A stretch of DNA of 64,000 bases, taken from positions 17,238,001 through 17,302,000 of the forward strand of contig CM075989.1 in the NCBI GenBank assembly GCA_038087875.1, written 5' to 3'. A program made the position numbers and the translations under genes. The stretch is from Malacoraja senta. Its lineage: Eukaryota. Shown one piece after another: positions 39,661-52,491 of this stretch (positions are counted from its first letter, which is position 1; every line of letters starts with the position of its first letter). The notes under the pieces were generated by a model. The model was not told the origin of the DNA. It ran no database searches and saw only the letters and a program-made list of their open reading frames with translations.

Positions 39661-40828
39661 GTAAAAGATGAAAGGAGCTGAGGAGGGGAAGAGAAAGATG
39701 GAGAGAGATCAGAAGGAAATAAATATTACAGAGCATGGAAGCCTCTGAGGCGGAGCTGCAGCCTTTCCCAATTTGTGGTTAAACTTGGCGTGTGAATACT
39801 CCCAATTGTGGATGGCAGCCAGTTTAGTGTGCTCAATCTTTGCACATGGAGTTGACTTTACTGTCACAGTGGGGAAGACAGAGCTGCCTCCGTGGGAGGA
39901 GAAACATTGGCAACTGTGTGTGGGTTGGGGTGGATTCTTGAGGATGGTGTAAGGATGGTGTGTAACTCTGTGGAGCAAAACAAGGAACTGCAGATGCTGG
40001 TTAACACATAAAAGGACACAAACTGCTGGAGTAACTCAGCAGGTCAGGCCCTTCGAGGTTCGAGGCCCTTCTTCAGACTTCTTCGACCTGAAATGTCACC
40101 TATCCATGTTCCCCAGAGATGCTGCCTGAACTGCTGAGTTGCTCCAGCACTTTGTGTCCTTTTGTGTGTAATTGAGTGTTGTCTATCTAGTGGTGACACA
40201 AGCATCTGCAAATGCTGGTTTACAAAGACAGACACAAGGTGTTGGAGACAATGTGCTTCACTCTGAAGAGGGGTCTCGACCTGAAACGTCACCTATCCAT
40301 GTTCTCCAGAGATATTGCCTGACCCGTTGAGTTGCTCCAGCACTTTGTGCCTTCCTTTGCCTATCTAGCAGTGGCAAAGTTTGGGGCATGAGAGAGAAGG
40401 GGTATTGCTTGTAATGCTAAAGCAAGTTCCCGGGGCTGCAGGAACACTGATGGTTTTCTTAGCACGGGGCATCAGATTTTCATTGAGCAGCAGTAGATTC
40501 AGAGAATAAGCTTCAAATGAAACTGATTCAGGAGATTTAGATGACTGTTAGATGATTGTCATGTTTCACTGTTACAACCATGTCAGAACGACTTCATTGG
40601 TTGTGCAAGGATTTGTAGTAGTGAAAGTCTTTACGTTTCCATTCTGTCTGTAAGCGTGCAGAATAGTTGCTCTTATGCATGTACCTTCAGGAGCCAATGG
40701 ACCACCAGGGTCGCTTTAATCCGTACTCAAAAGACCTTGGGTTGATAGTCCATATATTTCTCTACATTTCCTTTAATTTACAATTGACAGGTTTTCTGAA
40801 TTGAAGAGTGATTTTAAGAAGGCAAAGA

Positions 40829-40897
40829 CTGTGTGTGTGTGTGTGTGTGTAACAGGTGGTACAGTCTGTGTGCCTGATAGAGTGAGAGGGAGGGGGG

Positions 40898-40941
<44 letters not shown>

Positions 40942-40956
40942 GACAGAGAGAGAGAA

Positions 40957-41048
<92 letters not shown>

Positions 41049-41190
41049 AGAAAGCAAGAGAGAGAAAACGAGACGGAAAGCGTGCACGAGAAAGTGAGTG
41101 AAGTTTGCATGTGAGGATGAATGAGTGTCAAAAAGAGAAAGAATGGGAGAGAGCGAGAGAGAGAGCGAGAGCGAGAGAGAGAGATAGGGG
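40829..41190. repeat. (GT)n followed by a long (GA)n microsatellite and purine-rich tract
   Basis: Seen directly in the sequence. Confidence 0.95.
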
Positions 41191-41824
41191 GACTGGAGGA
41201 GGTATACTGTGTGTGTCTATCGGAGGCAAAGATCGAGTGTGTGAAACAGAGGAGGCACATTCGTGCATCCCACAGCTCACAACTGAAGGTTTCACACTCA
41301 CTGCATCCAGCTGGTAGAAAACCACAAATCACCCTTCCTTTGTCAACTGTCCCAGTCCAACATAATGTTGCAGAACGTCATGAGTATCCTGGCTGGTTTG
41401 GAGCACAAGTTATCTGTTTGCAGAAATCTAGACAGGTTGATGTCTTCTGAATGTGTGGAGGTTGACATTACAGTGGGCATGAGATACACTATTTGTAACC
41501 GTTTGCCCGTTTGGCGAAACCGCTGGTTAAAATCAATCGCCATGTTTTTAACACCAATTGATCCACAGTAGAAAAAAAAATTCCAGATGTTGCATAATCC
41601 CCACTTTTCCTTCCAGTTGAATCTTTTCCGGATTAAATCCCCTTCAACATTTGCCAGGATTTTAGTGCAGCTCCCTCGATGTTATGCAGCGAATGGAAAC
41701 AGAATCTTCACTTCTCACCACGACCTGGCTTTGTATCAATAAAACCGGCAGGTCTTAAGCTTTCCATCGACTCTCCAGCCCACCCGCCAGTGTATCCACG
41801 TGCTTCCACTCTCTGTTAAGGTGC

Positions 41825-42114
41825 TTAGAGTTAGACTATAGAGACACAGCGTTGAAACAGGCCCTGCGGCCTGCTGAATCCACACCGACCAGCGATCCCC
41901 ACGTCCACTAGCACTATCCTCCACACTAGGGACAATTTACAATTTGCAGAAACCCGCACGTTTTTGGTATGGGGGAATTGGTATGGGGGAAAACCGGAGC
42001 ATCCGGAGAAAACCCACGCGGTCATGGGGAGAAGGTACAGACAGCATCCGTCATCAGGATCAAACCTGGATCTCTGGCGCTGTAAGGCAGCAACTTTACC
42101 GCTGCGCCACCATG
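41825..42114 (-). mobile_element. HE1-like V-SINE
   Basis: Reverse complement of the same family. Confidence 0.8.
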
Positions 42115-42164
42115 TTAGATATCATATCGTTTTATCACATTTGTAAAGGCCAATTTTAATCAGA

Positions 42165-42790
42165 TTGGTTGTTATCGTGGCACTGGTTGAGTGGTGCCAC
42201 AATAACAATCGTTCACTCAAAGTCAACAAAACCATGGAACTAAGCATTGACTTTCAGAAGGGTAAGTCTGGAGACCACAGAAGGGTTTCGGCCCGAAACG
42301 TTGCCTATTTCCTTCGCTCCATAGATGCTGCTGCACCCGCTGAGTTTCTCCAGCATTTTTGTGTACCTTACTCCCAGTTTTCATTGGTGGGTCAATGGTG
42401 AAGAGAGTTAGCAGCTTCACATTCCAGTGCATTAACATCTGAGATGATCTGTTCTGGGCCCAGGGGATAGATGCAATCACGGGGAAGGCATGTGTAAGCA
42501 TCTCTGCTTTCTTACAAGTTTAAAGCATGCCATTCAGTAAGTTATTGAATACTCTAACAAACATCTACAGATGCACTGCAGAAAGTATCTTGACTGGTTG
42601 CATTATGGCCCAGTACGGTAACTCCAAAGCACAGGTAGGCAAGAGCTGCGGAGAGTGGTGGACAGTACCCTGTCCATCACAGGCACAGTCCTCCCCGCCA
42701 GTAGTATCATCAACATGAGGTGCGACCATCTATCATCAAGGATCCCCAGTATCCGGGCCATGCCCTCTTCTTGCTGCAAGGTACAGAATA
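42165..42790 (+). mobile_element. Rex1/Babar-like LINE fragment carrying a short Penelope 3'-end insert (about 42279-42367)
   Basis: WCHNNNRSLKVNKTMELSIDFQK and NIYRCTAESILTGCIMAQYGN. The insert ends at the family terminus tgtgtacc. Confidence 0.72.
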
Positions 42791-43021
42791 CAGGGAAATT
42801 CAAGGCTGTTGGGATCAGAGGGGAAAGAAAAGCTGAGACTGATATTGGATGAACTAGGATCTTATTGCATGGCGGAGCAGACACATGGTCAACTCCTGCT
42901 CCAAGTTCTTGAGCTCATGTTTCACCTTTAGCTCATTCCCCTCTCCTGCTCTGAGTCTCATATAACACATCTCAGCGAGCACAATCCTGCAGCCATTTAG
43001 GAGGGGCCTACGGAAAATTAC

Positions 43022-43172
43022 CTCCATTTCTTTACAGAAAGTTGCATTGATTCCAAACAGTATCTGACACTGTTCGTCAGCGCTGTAGTGCATACCCGGC
43101 AGCTTAGGTGGCAATCGTGTTGCATAGTGACTTCTTGGGTCTGTCTCCAGCAGGCAGGTACTAGCCCTTGAT
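43022..43172 (-). CDS. ADAMTS17: ADAMTS17 exon 10-equivalent (151 nt): end of catalytic domain and start of disintegrin-like domain
   Basis: Acceptor ...ttacctttaatag|A TCA AGG. Encodes [50 protein letters not shown]. Donor GAG|gtaatt. Confidence 0.95.
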
Positions 43173-43231
43173 CTATTAAAGGTAACACAAAAAAAGTTGT
43201 AATTACATTGAGCTCTGCAAGACAAGTTAAA

Positions 43232-43520
43232 CTTTAGAGTTTAGAGATACAGACTCTTCGGCCATCGAGTCCGTGCCCACCAGCAATCACCCGTACACTA
43301 GCACTATCCTACACACTAGTGACAATTTACAATGTTATCGAAGATAATCAACCTGCAAACCTGTACGTCTTTGGAGTGTGGGAGGAAACCGGAGCATCCA
43401 GAGAAAACCCACACGGTTACAAGGAAGAACGTACAAACTCCACACAGACAGCGCCCGTAGTCAGGATTGACCCCGAGTCTCTGGCGCTGTAAGGCAGCAA
43501 CTCTGCCGCCTGTGCCACCC
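43232..43520 (-). mobile_element. HE1-like V-SINE
   Basis: Reverse complement of the same family. Its tail ends about 60 nt upstream of the exon-10 acceptor. Confidence 0.82.
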
Positions 43521-44989
43521 TCATGTGAACAATTCCAACAAAGGATGTAAAAACAGGCACAGCCTTCAAGCATCTTCCAGTTAAGCTGCAACTTAACTTC
43601 ATGAGACTGCTTTGAGCTTGAATTATCCTGACACTCCAGTGCCTCTGTGGCACCTTCTCCTTTCTTCAGTTCTGGTGTTCCCTCCACCATTGTTGACTAT
43701 CATTTTTTTAAATTTATTTATTCATGTGTGCATATATTTATATAATGGTATATGGACACACTGATCTGTTCTGTATTCATGCCTACTATATCCTGTTGTG
43801 CTGAAGCAAAGCAAGAATTTCATTGTCCTATCTGGGCCACATGACAATAAACTCTCTTGAATCTTGAATCTATCAAATGTCCTCGAATCCCTGTACCTCT
43901 TCCTGTCACCCCTCTCCTCCCACCGAGAACAAGGACGGGGATTCCCCTTTATAACTTCTGGCACCTCCAATGTGATGCCATCACCCCCAACCAGACACAT
44001 CTTCCCCTCCCAACCTCTCACAGCATTCTGCAGTCACTGCTCTCTTTGCCACACTTGAATCTGTTCTTCAATCCCCATTCCCCTTCTCACTGTACTTCCC
44101 CATGCAACTGCAACAGATCAAAGCCTGCTCTTTTATATCTATTCCCTTCCCCATCAACCAGGCAACGCAGGGGCTAGCAGGCGATATGTGAAACCGGGTG
44201 GAGGAGGGAGATAGATGATGGGCAGATGGGGGGGGCGATGGGAGAGGGGGAAGAGTTGGAGTCAGGAGATGGCGACTGATGAGTAATGGGTAGAGACAGA
44301 TAAGGAGAGAGAAGGGGGCAGATGGAGGGAGGGAAGGATGGGAGCAGAGACAGAGGTTGAAAGATGTTAGTGTTTAGAGTTTAGAGATGGAGTTGAGTGG
44401 ACACAAGAAGCTGTGGGTGCCACAATTAGATACGCAAGGACGGTGATAAGTGAAACCGGAGCGGAAAAAAGAGAAGATGCAATCAACTTGAGAAGTGGAC
44501 AGGAGAACCAAAAGATGTGTGATAGGCAGGCGGAACCAGGTGGGAGAGGAGCCAGGAGAGAGAACGGAGCACGATTACCTGAAGTTGGAAAATTCAATGT
44601 TCATATCATTGGGTTGGAAACAACATCTGCACCTTGTTCCGCATCTCTCCCACCAGGCCCATCTCACCCCTCCCTCTCTCCGCCTTATACTGATCACCTC
44701 CCCTCTACACTCTCAGTGCTAATTCAGGAAGTCAAACGGAAATGCCGGCTCTCCCTTTGCCTCCACAGATACTGGTTAACCACAGCGTTCCTCCAGCAGT
44801 TTGATTTTTATTCCAGATTACAGCTTCCGCAGTCTCTTTTATTTCCGCATCAAATAACGCAGCCCATGTCGGCATGCAGCGAGACTAATGACGTTCAGGC
44901 CTGAGGTGACTGAAGTGCCTTGCAAAGCCCATCTCCATCAACAGAGAGTCAAACCACTTACACCTGACACTGCATGGTATTGTCGATAT

Positions 44990-45335
44990 AATACGATACA
45001 TACAATACAATACAATACAATACGATAGAACGTTATGTATCCCAGGGGGGAAATTGATCTGTCAACAGCCATAAAACACAGGATATATGAAATTAAAGTG
45101 GCGAGTGGAAAGGATTGGGGATGTGCAAAGATTGGGGGGGGGGGGGCGTTAATCTACCCCACGACAGAAGGGGGATGAGTTGTACAGTTTGATAGCCACG
45201 GGGAAAAAAGATCTCCTTTTTCTGTCCTGCATCTTGGTGGCACCAGTCTGATTCTGAAGGTACTCCTCAGGTCGCCCAGTGTGTCATGGAGGGGGTGAGC
45301 TGTATTGTCCAAGATGCTACGCAGTTTGAAGAGTC
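44990..45335 (-). mobile_element. Rex1/Babar-like LINE 3' end with (TATTG)n tail
   Basis: Translates to KLRSILDNTAHPLHDTL..RLVPPRCRT..SFFPVAIKLYN. Confidence 0.7.
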
Positions 45336-46308
45336 ATCACTGAGTCCCCCAATATCAACATCCAGGTGGACACCATAAACTGCAGATTCAACTAAACCCC
45401 CTGCACGAATACTATGGCTACAGCAGGAGGTGGTAAATAGAGTATCTTGTGGCGGGTGATTTATCCACCTTCTTCAAGGCACATGCCAGGCGGCTGATAG
45501 AATACAACAAAAAAGAACTTCTGATGCTGGTTTATACCAAAGATAAACACAAAATGCTGGAGTAAATCAGCAGTCAGGTAGCATCTCAGGAGAAAATGGA
45601 TAGGTGACGTTTCAGGTCGGGACCCTTCTTCAGACCGATTGTAGGCAGTTTCTACATACACCTCACTCCCCCTCCTGTCCTTCTTCCTCCACCACCCCCC
45701 CTTCCTCCACTAAATGTCCGATAACTGGTTCCACAATTCACAACCATGTATCCCTCTGTCTCTAGCCAACAATCAGCCTATCGGGGAACCTCCTTGCCTG
45801 AGGTCATCAGTTGCCGGCCCTGATTTGTCCTGTTTTTTTTCCCTCTCGTTTCCAGTTTCTCCGTCCCCCCCCCCCCCCTCCACACTACAATCAGTCTGAA
45901 GAAGGCTCCTGATCCGAAATATCACCTATCCATTTTCTTCAGAGATGTTGCCTGACCCGCTGAATTACTCCACCATTTTGTGTCTGTCTATGGCTGATGG
46001 AGTGCACTCTACTTGCCTGGCTGGGTACCACTGTATTTTCACTGCCTTACCCTTTAAAGGCTCTGGGACTCCCGAGGTTGCCTAAGCAGTTGATAGCCAA
46101 GTCATAAGGAATAGGAGTAGAATTTGGCCATTCAAGTCTACTCCGCCATTCAATCATGGCTGATCTCTTTCTCCCTCCTAACCCCATCTTCCTGCCTTCT
46201 CCACACAACCTCTGACACATGTACAAATCAAGTCCATGCAAGAATGATATCATCCAGGCGATATTCTCTGATAGAAATATTACCATGTAAATGAAGAACA
46301 AGTCCTAC

Positions 46309-46449
46309 CTCAGGAAACTCTCCAGGTCGTCATGGCTACAGGCAGACCAGGAAAGATCGCTTGGATTCTTCCCCTTGACCCACTCTCCGGACATGATGTG
46401 GAAATGTTCAGCACAGGTGGAATGGTCATCATCATGGCTCATCCCCAGG
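46309..46449 (-). CDS. ADAMTS17: ADAMTS17 exon 9-equivalent (141 nt): third zinc-binding His and Met-turn
   Basis: Acceptor ...tttgtttcgacag|C CTG GGG ATG. Encodes [46 protein letters not shown]. Donor AG|gtagga. Phase 2-2. Confidence 0.95.
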
Positions 46450-46451
46450 CT

Positions 46452-47192
46452 GTCGAAACAAAGGGAAGGGGAGTGCGGGCAGAGGGGAGGAGAGCAGAAG
46501 AGGAATGAAAGGGGAGGACCAGAAAAGGCGAAAAATAAAATGGGGAAAACATCAGAAGTGGGGAGAAGGGAAGAGATAGGGTGAAGAAGAGGCAAAGAGG
46601 GAGATAGAAGAGTACAGAGCGATGCGTGGAGATAGGGGAGAGAGTGAAGACACAGGGGAAGGAAAGAGATGAGGAGTGAGAGAGTCCAAGAGCAACGGAG
46701 AATGAATTGCGGAGAGGAAAAGCACGAGAGAGGGCAAGAGTTTGAGATGAGATGAGAAAGAAGGGGAAGGAGGAGGGGAGGGGTACAGGAGGAGAAAGAG
46801 AGGAGAGAGAGATAGAGGGGAGAGAGATAGAGGGGAGAGAGATAGAGGGGAGAGAGAAAGGAGAGGGGAGAGAGAGAGGAGAGAGGTAGAGGAGAGAGAG
46901 AGAGAGAGAGGGGAGAGAGAGAGAGGGGAGAGAGAGAGGAGAGAGAGATAGAGGAGAGAGAGAGATAGAGGGGAGAGAGATAGAGGAGGAAGAGAGATAG
47001 AGGGGAGAGAGATGGGAGACAAGGGGAGGGAGAGAGCGAGGGAGGTAGAGAGGAAGATAGAGAGGGAGACAGAGGGGCACAGAGAGAGAGGGTGAACAAG
47101 CAGCAAGGGGTTGGGATGAGAATTTGGGGGAAGGCATGACAGGGATGGTGGGAAAGGAGAGACAATAAATACACGAGCATAATTAATACCAA
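46452..47192 (-). promoter_or_regulatory. Very long polypyrimidine tract / AG-exclusion zone preceding the exon-9 acceptor
   Basis: No CT on the plus strand (AG on minus) between the acceptor at 46450-46451 and 47193-47194. Confidence 0.6.
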
Positions 47193-47762
47193 CTTGTCCA
47201 GGCGTTTTATCTGACAGGTGTGTCCTACAGAATCATCTACTATTAGATTTTCTGCCATCTACCATTACAAAGTCCCACTGTAATTAGTGCCTGATTTAAT
47301 GCACAGCTGTAAAACACTAGCCAGTAAATCTGCACAACATCTGGCTTAAATGATAATATTCATCTGAAACAGAATCTTATGCATGATTGTCCCCCTCGTG
47401 TGGAAGCTACAGCTGTGATTAACCATCCCGCCTCATTTCGGAGGTGAACAGCTGTCTCTGCCCAGATGAACACCCAATTCCCTACTTCCGTGGGTTGAAT
47501 GCTTCACCTTCTGTCAACACCTAACCCAGCGATCCCACTGAGGCCGGTGAAGTTAATGCACAGAGTTCTGGATCTGTGGTCTTTAGGAAGGGTGATGATC
47601 ATAGACTCATAGAGTCATACAGCATGGAAACAGGCCCTTCAGCCCAACCTATCCATGCCGCTCAAGATGCCCCATCTACGCTGGTGGGAGATTGCAAACT
47701 TCATGTGGTCCACCCTGTTTCGACTAATGCAATCAACCCGACGTGCACAAACAAATAGATGT

Positions 47763-47991
47763 AGTGTGGGTTGACAAAAGTGCTGGAGAAACTCAGCAGG
47801 TGCAGCAGCATCTATGGAGTGAAGGAAATAGGCAATGTTTCGGGCCAAACCCTTTCTTCAGACCCTTCTGAAGAAGGGTTTCGGCCCGAAACGTTGCCTA
47901 TTTCCTTCGCTCCATAGATGCTGCTGCACCCGCTGAGTTTCTCCAGCACTTTTGTCTACCTTCGATTTTCCAGCATCTGCAGTTCCTTCTT
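47763..47991. mobile_element. Penelope-derived fold-back (inverted-repeat) mini-element
   Basis: Inverted arms at about 47771-47862 and 47868-47960. 14-bp TSD aaacaaatagatgt at 47749-47762 and 47992-48005. Confidence 0.85.
47868..47895 (+). ncRNA. Minimal hammerhead ribozyme core
   Basis: CUGAAGA-A-GGG UUUCGG CCC-GAAAC GUU. Confidence 0.6.
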
Positions 47992-50900
47992 AAACAAATA
48001 GATGTTTTGGTGTCTACAACTTTAGGCTGTGCATGCCGTACGCAAGAAGGAGCTGGTCCCACCTGCCCGCGTTTGACCCATATCCCTCTGAATCTTTTCT
48101 ATCCATGTACTGGAAGAACAGATATTCTCTTCTCAGGCCCCTGCCTCCAAGTAAGCATTCCAAGACAGCTTTGGGGAGATAGATGCTCAGAGATTTATCC
48201 ACACTACACCATGGAAATGTTTTTTTTTTTTTAAACAGAAACTACTGAGAGAGGGTGAAACTCGTGCTCAATTGGAAAGTGATCATCTGCAATTAAGCAA
48301 CTACTTCCTTAGAAGGCTTAGGAAGTTGAGCATGTCCCCAACAAACTCTCACCAGCCTCTACAGATGCGCATTTTATAGGGTTGCATCACAGCATGGTTT
48401 GGGAACAGCTCAATCAACAGCTTTTCACTGTACCTTGGTGCATGTGACATTAAACTAAACTCACACTCAGCTCTTCCTTAATAAACCACTACTGTCAAAT
48501 TCAACCTGAAGCCCAGGCATTTCCAAAATTCCACCGCAGCTTTCCATTCCTCTCCGCAGGTAGCGCTATGGCCAAACATCTTCCGGGCACAAAAGGGGAT
48601 TAACCTGGGGTCTTCCCTGTCCAAAGCTTCCGCTCTTTGTTTTCTGTAAAGGCTTCAGCTGAACCTGCACCCAGTGAAAACAAAAGTGAATCCTGCTGAT
48701 GCCCCTATAGCATCGATGTCGCAGGGAATCCAATGCCAATGAACAAGCTCCTCAAAGCTCTTGGTGTTGTGTACGACTAAAAAAGCTTCATCTCCACCTA
48801 ATCTTTGCTGCATCTTCTCTCTGTACTCTATGATGGTGCTGGGTGACCCTTGTATACTGTTTTAGTGTAATCTATTATCTCCCACTCTTGTACTTAAGTA
48901 TGATAGTGCCTGTGTTTAGTAAGACTGTTAGTGAACTGTGTGCAAAAAATGCCACTGTATCTAGGTACATGTGACAATAAAGTACCACTGAACCATTGAC
49001 ACTCACAGACCATTCTGATCTGTGGATGACCGGTTGGGACAGTAGACATGGAATCGGCATGGGTGGCTGAAGGAGATAGCAGCTCGCCCTAAACCAACTC
49101 CATCCATGAGGAATAGGACCCAGCATTTCACATCCTTTCTGTTTCCAATGCTGCTTCTCAACAATAGTGAGACTCTGAATGCTCCATTGCAATGAATAAT
49201 CTAGCCATGAATTGACGCATCCAATGCACGGTCTGTTGCATGTTCATAAGTTCATGAGTTTGAGCAGAATTAGGCCATTCAGCCCATCAAGTCTACTCCG
49301 CCACATGGCTGATCTATCTTTCCCTCTCAAACCCACTCTCTTGCCTTCTCCCCATAACCCCTGACACCCTTATTAATCAAGAATCCATCAATTTCCGCCT
49401 TAAAAATATCCATTGTCGGCCTCCACAGCCCTCTGTGGCAATGAATTCCATCCCATCTCCTCTTTGTCAGCATGTCTGAGTAAAAGTACCCGGTGCCAGG
49501 CTAGAGGATGCCTTACTGACACAAATCAAACCAAGATAATGGATGTGTAGGAAGGAAATGGGTCTGAAGAAGGGTCTTGATTCAAAAAATCACCTTTTCC
49601 TTTTCTCCAGAGAGGCTGTCTGACCCCCTGAGTTACTCCAGCTTTTGGTGTCTATCTTAAAGATAAAGGATCACTGGTCTCTTCAGCTCGCAGTGTTACC
49701 ATCAGGGGAAGACTTTCATCCATTACCACAGGCTGAGTTGGCGGCATTTCAGCAGCCGCTCTCTAAAATTGCCTGTGTGCGGATCATCTGATGATTGAAC
49801 ATTTCCCAATGCAGGAAGTCATCACTCAAATGTTTGAAGTCTAGGGGAAGTCTGACTGTGTGACGGATGGGCACATAGTCCAGGCTGATAATTCCAGGCA
49901 GAAATGGCAAGCGACACACTCTGCCCATCTTCCAGATGGCACAAGCCCACGCGTCCTTTGTTCAAGATAATATTCAAAGAACAGGGAAATTGTAGTGGGG
50001 GTGGGGGGGGAGGTTGCTCCTGTTTTGGGGGCTAATAATCATGTTCCTCAGTCATAGGAGCAGAATGAGGCCATTCAGCCCATCGAGTCTACTCCATCAT
50101 TCAATCATGGCTGCACCATCTCACCCTCTCAGCCCCTTTTGCCAAGAAACAGGTAAAGATTGCCTGTAGGAGAGGCGAGTGCAGCAGTATGGGGATGTGT
50201 GGTTGGGTGGTACGACGTGCGTATGTGCGAGGGTGCGTGCGCTGAGATATGAGGCGAGGTTTGGAACCATGCAGAGTGTGTGGATGTGGAGTCAAGACAA
50301 TGAATATCAGGATGGTATTAGAAACATAGAATATAGGTGCAGGAGGAGGCCAGTTGGCCCTTCGAGCCTGCATCTAGTAGGTTAACCTAGTAGGTTGATG
50401 GTAACCTAGTAGGTTGTTGGTGGTGGGTGATGCGGGGTGGTTTGAAGTTGGTGATAAAGGTGGTGGATCAAGGCATTTTAACGTGATAACCCTGACCTTG
50501 ATCACACACATCAAGTCATTGACCTTTAGTCTAAGCCGTATCCTGGTCTTCATGGTTTGACTCTTTCCTTTGACGTCCAAAGCCATCCTCTTGCCACTGA
50601 CCTCTGGACTTGTGTGTGCAAGATCCACTGGACCCTGAGATACATCACATCTCTGCAGCATTTCCGCCCAGGTTGGCTGTGTGGTTGGCTGAAAACTGTG
50701 CAACATTGCCATCAATGGGCACAAAACAGCCATGCAGCAAGATCTTGTGTTTGCTTTAGGTGCTGCTGGGCTAGCTTCCCTTCTAATGCATGAATTTATG
50801 CGCTCACCCCATCTGGCATCCATTTGTTAAATGTTACATCAGTTTTTTCAGTTCCCAATTGTTTGCTGCTAGTTAAACTAGGCTCAAAATAATTTCTTAT

Positions 50901-51262
50901 TTTGCTCTCGATTTCAGGCCAGATGATACAGAGGGACAATCCACACCACAGCTGGAGTCTGAGACAAAAATGACTGTTCCCCCAGTCTTCCTTAAACCAG
51001 GCAGAATTTCATTCTGGACAGAATTTTTTTTAACTATCCTTGGTTAACAAAATTAACAAACACAAAGTCTAATCATTCCCTAAACAGGTTGAAATGTTTT
51101 AATTTGGACGAATAACTATTTAAAAAAATAAGGTCAGAATTATGGAGATTTATGTGATATTTTCCCAGCTATGAAAATTAACTGGAGAGATTGTGATTTA
51201 TTTATTTATTTTGGCATTCATTTTTTGCATTTCTGGATTTTCTTCAATCTCACCAGGAAACC

Positions 51263-51545
51263 GGCGGCACAGTGGCGCAGCAGTGGAGTTGCTGCCTTAC
51301 AGCGCCAGAGTCCCGGGTTCAATCCTGACTACGGGTTTTGTCTGTAGAGTTTGGACGTTTCTCCCCGTGACGCCTCCGAGATATTCAGTTTCCTCTCACA
51401 CTCCAAAGACGTACAGGTTTGGCATGGTATAAATGTGGATTGTTCCGAGTGTGGAATAGTGTTAATGTGCAGGGATCACTGGTTGGCGCGGACTCGGTGG
51501 GCCGAATGGCCTTTTTCCACGCTGTATCTCTAAACTAAACTAAGT
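51263..51545 (+). mobile_element. HE1-like V-SINE
   Basis: Same family. Confidence 0.82.
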
Positions 51546-52491
51546 TAAACCCAAAGGTCTTATCCGAGCAAGACAAAATGCTAATTGAAGAAATAGTAGA
51601 GCCAATAGGAGCGCAAAAGGGAACTCTTCTTGAGGACTCCAAGGATCTGAAACAAATCCAATGGCATTTTGGTATACAAGGCACAATTCCAAAGGTTGCT
51701 GATAAATGCTGGAGAGGAGAGCTACCAACTTCAGATGTTATAAACTGACTGTTTTGCTGACCAAAGGTATGGCAGATGGAGTTTAACACAGTGAAGTGTG
51801 AAATGGTGTTGCTGGAAGGAAAAATGAGGGAAAGCAACGTAAGCTAAGTCTGAAGACTGTGCAGACATGGAGAGCCCTAGAGGTGTATGTGCAATTATAT
51901 CTGTAGATGGAAAAACTTTTAAGGCTGCTGAAAAGGCATGAATGATCCTTGATTTTACAAACAGAAGCATTGTGTGGAGGTCAAGAAAATATTCATAAAA
52001 CATTGGTTTGGCCCCAGCCAAAGTGTTTTCAATTCCATACTTTAAGAAGAATGGCACTGCCATCAGTGCACAGGGTCTTCCTAGATTGGAATCTTGGATT
52101 TTAACTAAGTAACAAAAAGATGTGTCCATTTTCCTTAGAAGGGAAATGTTAAAGAGATTAATCATATGTTTTGAATTCATGTTGCCCTGGTACCTTAATG
52201 TGTGAGAATGATAGACTGAAGTTAATACATGCTCTCTGAAATGAGGATATGACAATTTTCAAAATGTAAGTTACAAAATCCCATAGACCAACTATATATA
52301 TATATATAATGATCAATATAGAAAGTATCTCCTGGGATTCTGACGAGTCTTTGCTCTGCCAGTTCAGCATCTGTGCAGTAGTAAAAGTGAGGGATGTGGG
52401 TCAAATACTCACAATTGCGATTGGCTTAGATGGGCCCTTGGTCGGTATGGATGGGCTGATGTTGGGCTGATTCTATGCTGGATGAATCTAA

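Larger units (their letters stand above)
2703..46449 (-). other. ADAMTS17: ADAMTS17 gene, internal part (exons equivalent to 9-14); the gene extends beyond both window edges
   Basis: Six exons splice in frame (phases 2-2-0-0-2-1-0). The peptides [49 protein letters not shown] and [30 protein letters not shown] match ADAMTS17 as I recall it better than its paralog ADAMTS19. The HELGH exon and the downstream KIGCD exon were not found in the window. Confidence 0.93.

Noticed and set aside
40773..41450. (LS)n and (ER)n ORFs
   Set aside because: Microsatellite artefacts.
2703..46449. Alternative identification as ADAMTS19
   Set aside because: Diagnostic segments ([41 protein letters not shown]) fit ADAMTS17 as I recall the two paralogs.
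46305..47258. 317-aa, 232-aa and 184-aa Leu/Ser/Pro-rich ORFs
   Set aside because: These are translations of the CT-rich tract, which lacks stops by composition. Only 46309-46449 is a real exon.
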